Shown here one piece after another: positions 34,702 through 44,324 of a stretch of DNA of 64,000 nt. The notes beneath the pieces are model-generated. The model worked only from the letters and a program-made list of their open reading frames with translations. It did no database searches and was not told the DNA's origin. Every line of letters begins with the position of its first letter. Within the stretch, counting starts at the first letter, position 1. Source of the stretch: Nitrospina sp. UBA6727 (GTDB lineage Bacteria; Nitrospinota; Nitrospinia; Nitrospinales; VA-1); assembly GCA_002454045.1 (NCBI GenBank), contig DKID01000015.1:15118-79117 (forward strand), in the 5' to 3' direction. The position numbers and the translations under genes are program-made.

Positions 34702-35904
34702 GTGAAATCCCTCCGCGCCGTTTATTTCAATTGCCATTCCGGCATCAGCGGCGAAATGATTCTGGGAGCCTTGATTGATCTTGGGGCGAACTCCGCAAAA
34801 ATTCGCAAAGCCATTAAAACTCTGAACATCAAGGGATGCAAACTGGAAGTCGACCGAGTTCAACGCGGCCTCATCATCGGCACCAAAGCGAAAGTCAGTT
34901 TGACCAAATCCCAACCTTCCCGCCATCCAGTACGAAAATATTCCGATGTTAAAAAACTGATAACCGCGTCGGACTTTTCTTCCGCCGTCAAAAAGAATTC
35001 GTTGGAAATTTTTCAACGCATCGCCGGGGCCGAAGCGGCGATTCAAAATACGACTGCGAAAAATATCCGTTCTTATGAAATCGGCGCCGTCGATTCGATC
35101 GCGACGGTCGTGGGCGGAGTGGTTGCCATGGACTCTTTGAAGTTGGACAAGATTTATTCCTCGCCCATCAATGTCGGCGAGGGATTCGTGCAGTCCGCTC
35201 GCGGTTGCCTTCCCGTTCCCGCCCCGACCACGGTAAAACTTTTGCAAGGGATTCCCGTTTTCTCCACCGGCGCGCAAAAAGAGATGACCACTCCAATCGG
35301 CGCGGCCATGATAGGATTTTACGCGGATGAGTTTGGGTCTCTTCCGGCGATGCAAATTGTTGGCGATGGATACGGAGCGGGGGACCACATCGTCGCGGGA
35401 ATGCCCAACATGTTGCAAATCGTCCTCGGAAAAATTTATGCAGAGCCCGACGAACTCGTCCTAATTGAAACCAATATTGATGACATGAATCCGGAGTTTT
35501 ATGAAGGGACGATGGAATTACTTTTCGCGGCGGGGGCTCTGGATGTCTATTTGAATCCCATAATTATGAAGAAAAGTCGTCCCGCGAATAAAATTTCTGT
35601 TCTCGCAACCGAGAATCATCGGCAGGCGATGACGGAAATTCTTTTACACGAAACGTCCAGTTTTGGAGTCCGGCATCATCGGATTGAACGAACAATTTTG
35701 GATCGGGAAACGAAAACGGTAAAGACTTTGTGGGGCCCCGTTAAAATTAAAATCGGTAAACTTAACGGCGAGGTTTTGCAAGTTTCTCCAGAATATGAAG
35801 AGTGCAAGAAAATTTCCCGCAAAAATAAAATCCCCGTCAAACAGGTTTACGACGAAGCCCGTTCTCTGGCGATAAAATTATTTGGTCCCGCTGTCAAAAG
35901 GTAG
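34702..35904 (+). CDS. larC: nickel-pincer cofactor biosynthesis protein LarC (nickel insertion)
   Basis: GTG start, 400 aa. The N-terminal YFNCHSGISGEMILGALIDLGA is the LarC/DUF111 signature, and the length is typical. Confidence 0.85.
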   Translation: MKSLRAVYFNCHSGISGEMILGALIDLGANSAKIRKAIKTLNIKGCKLEVDRVQRGLIIGTKAKVSLTKSQPSRHPVRKYSDVKKLITASDFSSAVKKNSLEIFQRIAGAEAAIQNTTAKNIRSYEIGAVDSIATVVGGVVAMDSLKLDKIYSSPINVGEGFVQSARGCLPVPAPTTVKLLQGIPVFSTGAQKEMTTPIGAAMIGFYADEFGSLPAMQIVGDGYGAGDHIVAGMPNMLQIVLGKIYAEPDELVLIETNIDDMNPEFYEGTMELLFAAGALDVYLNPIIMKKSRPANKISVLATENHRQAMTEILLHETSSFGVRHHRIERTILDRETKTVKTLWGPVKIKIGKLNGEVLQVSPEYEECKKISRKNKIPVKQVYDEARSLAIKLFGPAVKR

Positions 35905-35914
35905 GATGGTATTT

Positions 35915-36184
35915 CTAGTGCTTGTTTATGTATTCGTCAAAATGTTTTTGGTACATGATGTCCCATTCCGGTGAACCTTCGCGCGGGGCGTTGCTGTAGG
36001 TGTTCAACACCCGCCGTGCTTCCGCGTCCGCTTTATCGTCAAGTTGGAGAATGTCTGTCATCACGCGGATGATATCCAAACGGACATCGTTGAGAGCGAC
36101 TTTGTGATCTAGTTCATCGCGTTTGGCAAAATCGCGGACGATAAGGCTACTGATGTGGTTGATTTTTTCTCTGCCGATTTTCAT
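35915..36184 (-). CDS. DUF507 family protein
   Basis: The ATG at 36184 gives 89 aa. It is a small helical protein adjacent to a paralogue. The family call is from memory of DUF507 tandem pairs. Confidence 0.55.
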   Translation of the reverse strand: MKIGREKINHISSLIVRDFAKRDELDHKVALNDVRLDIIRVMTDILQLDDKADAEARRVLNTYSNAPREGSPEWDIMYQKHFDEYINKH

Positions 36185-36200
36185 TTTGAATATGTAGAAG

Positions 36201-36482
36201 TTAAAGAATAAGTCCGCGCTCACGCACCAATTTTGATTTCACCATTTGGAACACCCGCCCGTAATCCATCATGCTTCTTTCATATTCTTCGATTTTGGAA
36301 TCAAGCAGAGTTTTTACTTCTTCGTTCAGTTGGTCTTCCACCATAAGGTCGTCGGTGATAATTTTATTGATGATGATCTGCAATTTTTCCGGCGACTCTT
36401 CCCAGATAACCAGGTCGCTATCCAGCAAGGACTTCACAATACTTCCGGCAAGATGTCTGGTGAGTTCTGTAGTAAGACGCAT
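36201..36482 (-). CDS. DUF507 family protein
   Basis: The ATG at 36482 gives 93 aa. The longer ORF up to 36617 would run through the tRNA-Gly gene. Confidence 0.55.
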   Translation of the reverse strand: MRLTTELTRHLAGSIVKSLLDSDLVIWEESPEKLQIIINKIITDDLMVEDQLNEEVKTLLDSKIEEYERSMMDYGRVFQMVKSKLVRERGLIL

Positions 36483-36516
36483 CGTTTTGACAATCCAATT
36501 CGCGAATCTAGCAAAG

Positions 36517-36589
36517 AGCGGGAGACGGGGCTCGAACCCGCGACATTCAGCTTGGGAAGCTGACACTCTACCAACTGAGCTACTCCCGC
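36517..36589 (-). tRNA. tRNA-Gly (anticodon CCC), CCA not encoded
   Basis: The reverse complement is GCGGGAGTAGCTCAGTTGGTAGAGTGTCAGCTTCCCAAGCTGAATGTCGCGGGTTCGAGCCCCGTCTCCCGCT. It folds as a cloverleaf with a TTCCCAA anticodon loop. Confidence 0.9.
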
Positions 36590-36597
36590 CTGATAGG

Positions 36598-36786
36598 TCA
36601 GTCAGACTTCTTTTCACCTAAAACTATAAAGCAGTTTGTATCGGTTACTTGTATGTCCAGAATTGGAATCTTCTGTTGTTGCACTTCCTGAATGGCTCGA
36701 TTCACCATGCCTTCGATTGCCTTCGCACCTTCCTCGGCGATGTCGAGGACTTTAACACCTGTGACTATTTGATTGTGAATGGACAT
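36598..36786 (-). CDS. small hypothetical protein (62 aa)
   Basis: ATG ORF ending 8 nt upstream of the tRNA-Gly 5' end. No motif recognised. Confidence 0.35.
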   Translation of the reverse strand: MSIHNQIVTGVKVLDIAEEGAKAIEGMVNRAIQEVQQQKIPILDIQVTDTNCFIVLGEKKSD

Positions 36787-37131
36787 CCAATTAATAACGG
36801 ATCAGGCGCATAGCCGTAGCCTATTTTCCTTTGCAGTAGGATGAAAAAAAATAAGCGCAATGGTACGCAAATTTCCCAGCATTATCCATTATTCGCTATA
36901 CGCAATCAATAATAATTGGGAATTTCGCATGAATAAAAAGTGGATACTAGATGCGCCGCCGGGTGGTTCAAGTCGAATTTGCCGAAGAAAGTTTATTGAA
37001 ATTATTTTTTCAATTCAGTAGGATGACCGATTCAAATAATTCATAAAACACAGAAAATTGCAGGAACTTAGCGAGTTTGAATGTCCCTATTTTTTTGAGC
37101 CGACCTCCGCAAAATCCCGACGAGGAAATTC

Positions 37132-37992
37132 GTGGTTAGACCCGTAGACTTCAAAGAAAAAATACCCATCACTCATCACCTGATAGAACTGAAAGACCGG
37201 CTGGTGCAGGTAGCCCTAGTTGTTTCGCTGTTCTTCGGGGTTTGTTTTTACTTCATCGATTTTCTTCTTCTATGGCTGGAAGACCCGCTGCCAAAACAAT
37301 ACGCGGAACTAACTTTCATAACTCCTACCGAACCATTTTTCACAGCCATGAAAGTTTCCTTCATGGGGTCGATGTTCATTTCCATGCCGTGGATTTTGTA
37401 CCACGTGTGGGGATTCATCTCTCCCGGCTTAAAGGTTCGAGAAAAAAAAGTCACCGCGTTATTTGTCTTTTTCGGAACCTTGTTTTTCCTTTTCGGTGGA
37501 TTGTTTTGTTATTTTTTGGTCGTCCCTCTAGGATTAAAATTTTTGCTAAATTACGGCACCACCTGGTGGAAAATGCAGGTCACCATTGGCTTTTATTTTT
37601 CCTTCGTGGTGAAAATGATTCTGGCTTTTGCCTTCGCGTTTCAAACTCCGCTCCTTATGGTTTTGCTGACCAAGTTTGGAGTGGTCAATACCGTAAAGAT
37701 GAAGTTGTACCGCAAGTGGGCATTCCTCGGAACGTTTGCCCTGGCCGCGGTTTTGACTCCTCCCGATATAATCACCCAAGTATTGTTAGCGTTCCCGCTT
37801 TATGGTTTGTATGAGTTTGGGATGGTGGTGTCGCGATTTTTTGAAGATCCCAAAAGCCGTGAATTAGCTTTCAAACAAATGCAACAGGAGGCGGCCGCAA
37901 AGAAAGCCGCCAAAGAAGCGGCGCAAAAAGCCGCGGCCATGGCAAAAAATGCCAAACGAAAATCCGCGAAGAAAACCCACAAGGCTTCCTGA
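37132..37992 (+). CDS. tatC: twin-arginine translocase subunit TatC with a Lys/Ala-rich C-terminal extension
   Basis: GTG start after GAGGAA. Motifs: HLIELKDRL, TEPFFTAMKVS, WGFISPGL, FAFQTPL, LTPPDIITQ. Six TM helices. Confidence 0.9.
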   Translation: MVRPVDFKEKIPITHHLIELKDRLVQVALVVSLFFGVCFYFIDFLLLWLEDPLPKQYAELTFITPTEPFFTAMKVSFMGSMFISMPWILYHVWGFISPGLKVREKKVTALFVFFGTLFFLFGGLFCYFLVVPLGLKFLLNYGTTWWKMQVTIGFYFSFVVKMILAFAFAFQTPLLMVLLTKFGVVNTVKMKLYRKWAFLGTFALAAVLTPPDIITQVLLAFPLYGLYEFGMVVSRFFEDPKSRELAFKQMQQEAAAKKAAKEAAQKAAAMAKNAKRKSAKKTHKAS

Positions 37993-38655
37993 TCAAACAA
38001 AAAATACCAAGACGGAAATCAAGCGCGGATAGTTGAACACGATTAAAACTTCTGCGGTTGCGAAACCTATGTGCGCCAAAATCGGGACTATTATTGAACC
38101 CGTCGCTTTCAATAATCCTGCGGACAACATCCCCAAAAATAAATTTCCTATGCTCGGTTTGAAATGCAACAGCGGGTATAGCAGACCACCGCTGACGATG
38201 ACTCGTCCGGTGGTGTTTCCTTTTGTAAATAAATTATTAACGATTAAACCTATCGCAAACACTTGGTCGACGAAGGGAACGATGAGAGTTGCAAAAATAT
38301 TTCCCGCGAAGGAAACATTAAATCCCATTTCATCGGGAGCCCGCCGGTCTGCCCCGGCAAATAATTCTGATTGCGACAACCCCGTTCCGACCACCACGCT
38401 GTCCAACACGATGACGGCCACGACGGGGAGTGCTCCAAGCAGAGCGCCTATCGCCAGTGATTTTCTAATATTATTTTTGTTGAATCCTAATCGCTGCAAA
38501 GATATGCGCTTGAAGGAGAGGGTACCTGCTAAGACCAAGAAAAAATATAAAATGTGCCAGAACTCATAAACGAACCTGTTCCCAGAAAAAGCAATGTGAA
38601 TCGTTGGGAATAAAACTAGAAAGTAAACGGCTAGGATAGGAGTGAGAATTTTCAC
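37993..38655 (-). CDS. CPBP-like intramembrane protein (motif 1 degenerate)
   Basis: GTG start, 220 aa, polytopic. The LLHF and ILAHIGFATAEV motifs resemble CPBP motifs 2 and 3. The EExxxR motif position reads VDQVFAIG. Confidence 0.4.
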   Translation of the reverse strand: MKILTPILAVYFLVLFPTIHIAFSGNRFVYEFWHILYFFLVLAGTLSFKRISLQRLGFNKNNIRKSLAIGALLGALPVVAVIVLDSVVVGTGLSQSELFAGADRRAPDEMGFNVSFAGNIFATLIVPFVDQVFAIGLIVNNLFTKGNTTGRVIVSGGLLYPLLHFKPSIGNLFLGMLSAGLLKATGSIIVPILAHIGFATAEVLIVFNYPRLISVLVFFV

Positions 38656-38946
38656 ATTGCAATATCAAAATTTGCAGTCAAGACTTTTAAAGTTTCGCCG
38701 CCAGAATAACGGCTTGGTTTTTTTTATAACACATTACTCGCAGTCTAAAATTCTTCCAAGAAGATTACAACCCGCGAGCCAAAGGAGCGTTGGCGGTTGA
38801 CGAAACCAGTTTCTTTTGGTATCTCTTTTGAGCTAATCTAACTCGGTAAGGAGCCTTCGCCGTGGCGTGTATGGTTCATCGTTCGGAGTCAGCTTTTCTC
38901 CTCGACTTTGGCGGAGTCTCAAAAAGTTTTTCAGTCGGAGATTATC

Positions 38947-39411
38947 ATGAAAAAAATCGCTTTAGCTTCCGATCACGGTGGATTTGATCTCAAGGAAAGT
39001 ATCGCCGCCCACCTTTTAAACATCGGGTTGGAGGTGGACGATTTAGGACCGCATTGCGCGGACGTTGTGGATTATCCCGACTACGCGATGAAACTTACCG
39101 CAGCGGTCGCCGAAAAAAAAGTGGAACGCGGAATCGTAATCTGCGGCACGGGGATAGGTATGTCCATCGTCGTCAACCGATACCCCGGGATTCGCGGAAC
39201 CTTGTGCTCGGATATTTTCACCGCCAAACTATGTCGCGCGCATAATGACTCAAACATCCTGATTATGGGGGGCAGGGTGATTGGTAAAGAGTTGGCCGCC
39301 GAAATTGTCAACACCTGGTTGAACACACCTTTTGAAGGAGGACACCACCAACGGCGGCTCGACAAAATTGATCAGATAGACGCTTCCCTAAAGGCGAAAG
39401 CAAATCTTTGA
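38947..39411 (+). CDS. rpiB: ribose-5-phosphate isomerase B
   Basis: The ATG at 38947 follows GGAG, giving 154 aa. Motifs: [26 protein letters not shown]. Confidence 0.9.
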   Translation: MKKIALASDHGGFDLKESIAAHLLNIGLEVDDLGPHCADVVDYPDYAMKLTAAVAEKKVERGIVICGTGIGMSIVVNRYPGIRGTLCSDIFTAKLCRAHNDSNILIMGGRVIGKELAAEIVNTWLNTPFEGGHHQRRLDKIDQIDASLKAKANL

Positions 39412-40664
39412 CGAAGGAGTTACGTGAATTGTCACTCGCCGATTTTGATCCGAAGATCGCGCAATCCATTGTGGACGAAACCGCGCGGGAAAATAATACC
39501 CTCGAAATGATCGCCTCGGAAAATTTTGTCAGCCTCCATGTGCGGGAAGCGCAAGGCTCGGTCATGACCAATAAGTACGCCGAAGGCTACCCCAACAAAC
39601 GTTATTACGGTGGTTGCGAATATGTTGATGTCGCCGAAAGCCTCGCCATAGAACGCGCGAAAAAATTGTTCGCCGCCGAACACGCCAACGTCCAACCCCA
39701 TTCCGGTTCCCAAGCCAACATGGCGGTGTACCATACCGTTCTCAAACCGGGCGATACAATTCTAGGAATGAACTTGTCGCACGGCGGACACTTGACCCAC
39801 GGCAGTCCCGTCAACTTTTCGGGATACACCTACAACGTCATCGCCTATGGCGTGAGTCGGGAAACAGAATTGATTGACTACGACGAGGTCAGAAAGTTGG
39901 CGACCGCGAACAAACCAAAAATGATCGTCGTGGGAGCGAGTGCTTATTCGCGAGTGATCGACCCCGTTGCGTTTCGCGAAATTGCCGACGAAGTCGGAGC
40001 AAAAATTATGACCGACATCGCTCACCCCGCGGGACTAATCGCGGCGGGACTCTATCCATCGCCGGTGCCGCACTCCGACTTTGTCACCACCACCACGCAT
40101 AAAACTTTACGGGGACCCCGCGGCGGAATGATTTTGTGTGCGGAAAAAGATGCCAAGGAAGTGAACAAAAAAATTTTTCCCGGCATTCAAGGCGGTCCCC
40201 TCATGCATGTCATCGCCGCGAAAGCGGTTGCGTTTAAGGAAGCGTTGAGCGAGGATTTTGTAACTTACCAAAAGCAAGTGATAGCCAACGCGAAATGTTT
40301 GGCGCAATTTTTAATCGACCAAGGATATAAAATTGTCAGCGGCGGAACGGATACGCACTTAATGCTGGTCGACCTGCGCCCTCAAAATATCACCGGGAAG
40401 GACGCCGAGTTAGCGTTAGACAAAGCCGGAATCACGGTGAACAAAAACACCGTGCCGTTTGAAACCCGCAGTCCGTTTGTGACATCGGGGGTTCGCATCG
40501 GGACGCCCGCGCTGACTACGCGGGGGATGAAAGAAAATGAAATGCGCAGCATCGGGGGAATGATCGTCCAGACACTCGAGAAGGTGGAGGACGACAGCCT
40601 GCACGCCCGAACGCGAAAAAAGGTGCGGGAACTCTGCGACCAGTTTCCACTTTATCCGAATTAA
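39408..40664 (+). CDS. glyA: serine hydroxymethyltransferase
   Basis: TTG start overlaps the rpiB stop (TTGA), 418 aa. Motifs: LEMIASENF, and [13 protein letters not shown] carrying the PLP lysine. Confidence 0.95.
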   Translation: MTKELRELSLADFDPKIAQSIVDETARENNTLEMIASENFVSLHVREAQGSVMTNKYAEGYPNKRYYGGCEYVDVAESLAIERAKKLFAAEHANVQPHSGSQANMAVYHTVLKPGDTILGMNLSHGGHLTHGSPVNFSGYTYNVIAYGVSRETELIDYDEVRKLATANKPKMIVVGASAYSRVIDPVAFREIADEVGAKIMTDIAHPAGLIAAGLYPSPVPHSDFVTTTTHKTLRGPRGGMILCAEKDAKEVNKKIFPGIQGGPLMHVIAAKAVAFKEALSEDFVTYQKQVIANAKCLAQFLIDQGYKIVSGGTDTHLMLVDLRPQNITGKDAELALDKAGITVNKNTVPFETRSPFVTSGVRIGTPALTTRGMKENEMRSIGGMIVQTLEKVEDDSLHARTRKKVRELCDQFPLYPN

Positions 40665-40685
40665 CCAGGCAACAAACCTCACGCC

Positions 40686-41147
40686 ATGAAATGTCCTGAC
40701 TGCGTCGGCATGGAAAATAAAGTCATCGACTCCCGGCTGAACAAAGAGGGGACGGTCATTCGCAGAAGAAGGGAATGCTTGAGTTGCTTCGCGAGGTTCA
40801 CCACCCACGAAAAGTTGGAGCGGTCTTTACCGTTGTTGATAAAAAAAGATGGCCGACGGGAAGAGTTTGACCGCGACAAAATTATCGAGGGGGTGAAGAA
40901 AGCCTGCCAGAAGAGGCCGGTGAGCATCAAAAATATTGAAGACCTCGTCGACCGCGTGGAGCAATATGTTCAGGAGTTAGGCGAAAAGGAAGTCTCCACC
41001 GTGAAGGTCGGCGAAAAAGTTATTAGCGAAATTTGTAATTTGGACGACGTCGCCTACGTCCGCTTTGCCTCCGTTTACCGCTCCTTCAAAGACGTCAATG
41101 AGTTCATGATTGAGTTGAAGGAAGTTCTGAAAAGCAAAGAAAAATAA
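40686..41147 (+). CDS. nrdR: transcriptional repressor NrdR
   Basis: 153 aa. Zn ribbon MKCPDC..CLSC followed by an ATP-cone region. Confidence 0.9.
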   Translation: MKCPDCVGMENKVIDSRLNKEGTVIRRRRECLSCFARFTTHEKLERSLPLLIKKDGRREEFDRDKIIEGVKKACQKRPVSIKNIEDLVDRVEQYVQELGEKEVSTVKVGEKVISEICNLDDVAYVRFASVYRSFKDVNEFMIELKEVLKSKEK

Positions 41148-41316
41148 GTTCCCCGCGACCACGCGCCGCAAGTTTATCTTCCTCATGCCTTCGCATCGTC
41201 CGCGGAACGCTGGTCATTGTTGTCGCGTTTAGCGCGGCTCGTTGAATCCAAGAAAACAAAATGTTACGATACGCGTCACGCTTTTGAAATTTGGATTTTT
41301 GCGTCATCAATAAGTC

Positions 41317-42108
41317 ATGGATAAAGTCTCGTTCCATTTATCTTTGCTCAGTTATCTCGTCGCTTCGCTGAGTTATTTTATTTATCTCGCATACCGCGGA
41401 CCTTTGGTTTCGACCCTTGCCAAGTGGGCGGTAACGTTTGGTTTAGTTTGCCAAACGGTCACGATAGGAATTCGTTCCAGCCAGACGGGGCACGGTCCAT
41501 ACACTACTTCTTTCGAGGTGGCTTTGTTTCTGTCCTGGCTGATGGTGGTGGTTTATATTTTGACGGAGTGGAAATATAAAATTAGGGACCTGGGAGCTTT
41601 CGTCATTCCTTTGGTCTTTGTCGTTTTATTATTTTCAGCTTTCCTTTCGAAAGATACAACTTTCGTCCCCGAGTCGGAAATACGTTTTTGGTTGACCATG
41701 CACCGGACTCTTTCGATCACAGGGTACGCGGCGTTTTCAATCGCGTTTGCCGCCGGAATTATGTATTTGATTCAAGAGCATCAGGTCAAAACAAAAAAGC
41801 TCGGCATCATGTATTTCAGAATGCCTTCCCTTGAAGTTTTGGATAATCTAAACTTCAAGGTGATAACGGTAGGGTTTCCGTTGTTCACTTTGGGTTTTAT
41901 GACGGGGTCTATTTGGAACACGGAAATGAACCTGCCATTTTTTTCATGGGACATCACCCGCACCTTACCGTTGGTCGTAACTTGGTCGATTTATTGCCTC
42001 ATCTTTTTTGGAAGAATGGCGGTGGGGTTGCGTGGTAAGAAGGCTGCGCAGGGAGCAATTTTCGGATTCATAACAGTCATCGGCACTTATTTCCTACACA
42101 TATTATGA
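41317..42108 (+). CDS. cytochrome c assembly (CcsA/HemX-like) membrane protein
   Basis: 263 aa, polytopic. It resembles the CcsA-family HemX that accompanies hemA in Bacillus. Its stop overlaps the hemA start (ATGA). Confidence 0.65.
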   Translation: MDKVSFHLSLLSYLVASLSYFIYLAYRGPLVSTLAKWAVTFGLVCQTVTIGIRSSQTGHGPYTTSFEVALFLSWLMVVVYILTEWKYKIRDLGAFVIPLVFVVLLFSAFLSKDTTFVPESEIRFWLTMHRTLSITGYAAFSIAFAAGIMYLIQEHQVKTKKLGIMYFRMPSLEVLDNLNFKVITVGFPLFTLGFMTGSIWNTEMNLPFFSWDITRTLPLVVTWSIYCLIFFGRMAVGLRGKKAAQGAIFGFITVIGTYFLHIL

Positions 42109-43385
42109 TGTCAACCGAGTCAAATCTTGTTCTGGTCGGAGTCAGCCATAAGGCCACCCCCGTGGAAATCAGAGAAAAACTTGCCTTCAATCAAGTGAAG
42201 TTAAAAGCCTCATTGGAGCATTTAGTTCGATGCCCAGAAATTGTTGAGAACATCATCCTCTCGACTTGTAACCGAGTTGAAATTTACGCCCGCGTTGAAA
42301 ATTCTGACAACGGTATCCAACTTCTGAAAGATTTTATTTGCGACTACCATGCGCTTTCGCGGGGAAGTCTGGATCAATATTTTTACAGCTATCGGGATAA
42401 TCAAGCCATCGAACATCTTTTTAGAGTTTCCGCTAGTTTGGACTCGATGATTTTGGGGGAAGCGCAGATTCTAGGACAAGTGAAGGATGCCTATAGCACC
42501 GCCCGAGATTTAAGTTCAACCGGTTTGGTTTTGAACCAGTTGTTTGAAAAAGCTTTTAACGTCGCAAAAAAAGTAAGAGAAGAAACCGGAATTTCAGAAC
42601 GCGGAGTTTCCATCAGTTCCGCGGCGGTGGAGCTGGCGAAAAAAATATTCGAAGATTTAGAGAACCATTCGGTGATGCTGGTGGGAACGGGCGAAATGGC
42701 AGAGCTGGCCGCAAAGCATCTTATATCCTACGGCGTCAAAACGGTGTACGTGGCTAGCAGAACTTATGAGCGGGCTGCTTCTCTTGCCCAAAGTTTGAAC
42801 GGGTGCGCGCTAGATTTTGAATCTTTCAAGGAGGAAATATACCGGGCGGATATCGTCATCACTTCAACCGCCGCGCCGACATTCATCATTCATAAAAAAA
42901 TGATCGAGCGGGCGATACACAAAAGAAAAAACAAACCGATATTCTTAATCGACATTGCCGTCCCTAGAGACATCGCGCCCGAGGTGAACGAATTAGAAAA
43001 CGTTTATCTTTATGACATTGACGATCTCCAAAATGTAGTCAACGCAAACATGGAAGAACGGCAGAAAGAAGCCGAAAGCGCCATGGAAATTATCAAGCAG
43101 GAAGTTACCAAGTTTAACGATTGGTTCTCCACTCTGGACGCGGTTCCCACCATCATTGAAATGCGCAACCGCGCTGAAGAGATGCGCAAAAACGAAGTGG
43201 AGAAGGCACTCAAAAACCTCGCTCATCTTTCCGCAGATGATCAAAAAATTATCCACCAACTAACCCAATCCCTGATCAACAAAATTTTACACAAGCCCAC
43301 CATCAACCTTAAAAAGAAAACCCAGTCCAAAGATGGCCACGTCTATTTGCAAGCCATTCGTCACTTATTCCATTTGGACGATTAA
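42105..43385 (+). CDS. hemA: glutamyl-tRNA reductase
   Basis: 426 aa. Motifs: LSTCNRVEIY (active-site Cys) and GTGEMAELAAKHL (NADPH fold). Confidence 0.95.
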   Translation: MMSTESNLVLVGVSHKATPVEIREKLAFNQVKLKASLEHLVRCPEIVENIILSTCNRVEIYARVENSDNGIQLLKDFICDYHALSRGSLDQYFYSYRDNQAIEHLFRVSASLDSMILGEAQILGQVKDAYSTARDLSSTGLVLNQLFEKAFNVAKKVREETGISERGVSISSAAVELAKKIFEDLENHSVMLVGTGEMAELAAKHLISYGVKTVYVASRTYERAASLAQSLNGCALDFESFKEEIYRADIVITSTAAPTFIIHKKMIERAIHKRKNKPIFLIDIAVPRDIAPEVNELENVYLYDIDDLQNVVNANMEERQKEAESAMEIIKQEVTKFNDWFSTLDAVPTIIEMRNRAEEMRKNEVEKALKNLAHLSADDQKIIHQLTQSLINKILHKPTINLKKKTQSKDGHVYLQAIRHLFHLDD

Positions 43386-44309
43386 ATGGAATCGAGAAAA
43401 ATTAGAATCGGCAGCCGGGGAAGTCCCTTAGCGTTGTGGCAGGCTAACTGGATTAAAGCCCAGTTAGCATCGCGCAACCCGGACACTCCCGTGGAGATTG
43501 TCATCATAAAAACTTCTGGCGACAATATCCGTGACGTCCCGTTGGCGAAAATTGGCGGGAAGGGTTTGTTCGTTAAGGAAATAGAAGAAGCCCTGTTGAA
43601 AAAAGATATCGATTTTGCCGTTCACAGCATGAAAGATATGCCCATCAAATTTCCCTTCGCTTTATGCATCGCCGCCGTGGCAAAGAGAGAGAATCCTTTT
43701 GACGCGCTAATTTCAAAAGACAAAGTTAAGTTGAGCGAACTTCCAAAAGGCGCCAAGGTTGGAACAGGAAGTTTGCGCAGAATTTCGCAGTTGCTGCATC
43801 ATCGTCCAGATCTAAAATTGATTCCCCTGCGCGGCAATTTGGAAACGCGGATTAAGAAACTGGAGACGGAAGGACTAGACGCCATCATCCTCGCCGAGGC
43901 AGGTCTTATTCGCATGGGGTGGGACGATAAAATTTCAGAAATTATCAGCCCCGAAATTTTATTGCCGGCAATGGGGCAGGGCGCGGTGGGAATAGAAACT
44001 CGTCGGCATGATGTTGACAACCAAATTCTTTTGGCGGATTTGGATGATGAAAACACACACCTTGCTCTGGACGCGGAAAGAGCCGTCGTCGCTCGACTAG
44101 AAGGCGGTTGCAATGTTCCCATCGGCGCGTTCGCAACCATCGCCGACGATGAAATGACATTGCAGGGACTAGTCGCAAGTCTTGACGGAAAGACTCTGCA
44201 TAAAAAAGAATTGCGCGGTAACAAGATCGATGCCATTGCGCTTGGCAAAGAGTTGGGCGACGCCTTATTAGATATGGGCGGCGATCAGATTATGCGAGAG
44301 ATTCATTAG
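43386..44309 (+). CDS. hemC: hydroxymethylbilane synthase (porphobilinogen deaminase)
   Basis: 307 aa. Motifs: IRIGSRGSPLALWQA, HSMKDMP, GTGSLRR, RGNLETR, and EGGCNVPIGA (cofactor Cys). Confidence 0.95.
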   Translation: MESRKIRIGSRGSPLALWQANWIKAQLASRNPDTPVEIVIIKTSGDNIRDVPLAKIGGKGLFVKEIEEALLKKDIDFAVHSMKDMPIKFPFALCIAAVAKRENPFDALISKDKVKLSELPKGAKVGTGSLRRISQLLHHRPDLKLIPLRGNLETRIKKLETEGLDAIILAEAGLIRMGWDDKISEIISPEILLPAMGQGAVGIETRRHDVDNQILLADLDDENTHLALDAERAVVARLEGGCNVPIGAFATIADDEMTLQGLVASLDGKTLHKKELRGNKIDAIALGKELGDALLDMGGDQIMREIH

Positions 44310-44324
44310 TGCGTCCGAACTATA

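Noticed and set aside
34594-35418. A 274-aa minus-strand ORF opposite larC. Similar long antisense or alternate-frame ORFs occur at 524-1240, 27709-28401, 28954-29487 and 37242-37814.
   Set aside because: Each overlaps a gene with strong family motifs. Their products are compositionally biased (R/G/H/F-rich) with no recognisable domains.
36483-36617. N-terminal extension of the DUF507 ORF (138-aa version starting at 36617).
   Set aside because: The extension is the antisense-free translation of the tRNA-Gly gene itself (36517-36589). The internal ATG at 36482 gives a protein matching its paralogue's size.
36787-37131. Missing tatA/tatB upstream of tatC. Small ORFs in the 345-nt spacer were examined.
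   Set aside because: The only ATG ORFs (23 and 29 codons) lack the TatA-type N-terminal TM helix and hinge (no ..G.PELL.. motif). The region is treated as non-coding.
38656-38946. Possible riboswitch (ZTP/THF-type) or other leader RNA in the 290-nt region upstream of rpiB-glyA.
   Set aside because: I could not find the conserved ZTP (pfl) or THF consensus segments by eye. Only short CGGAGTC-like repeats are present. A covariance-model scan would be needed to exclude it fully.
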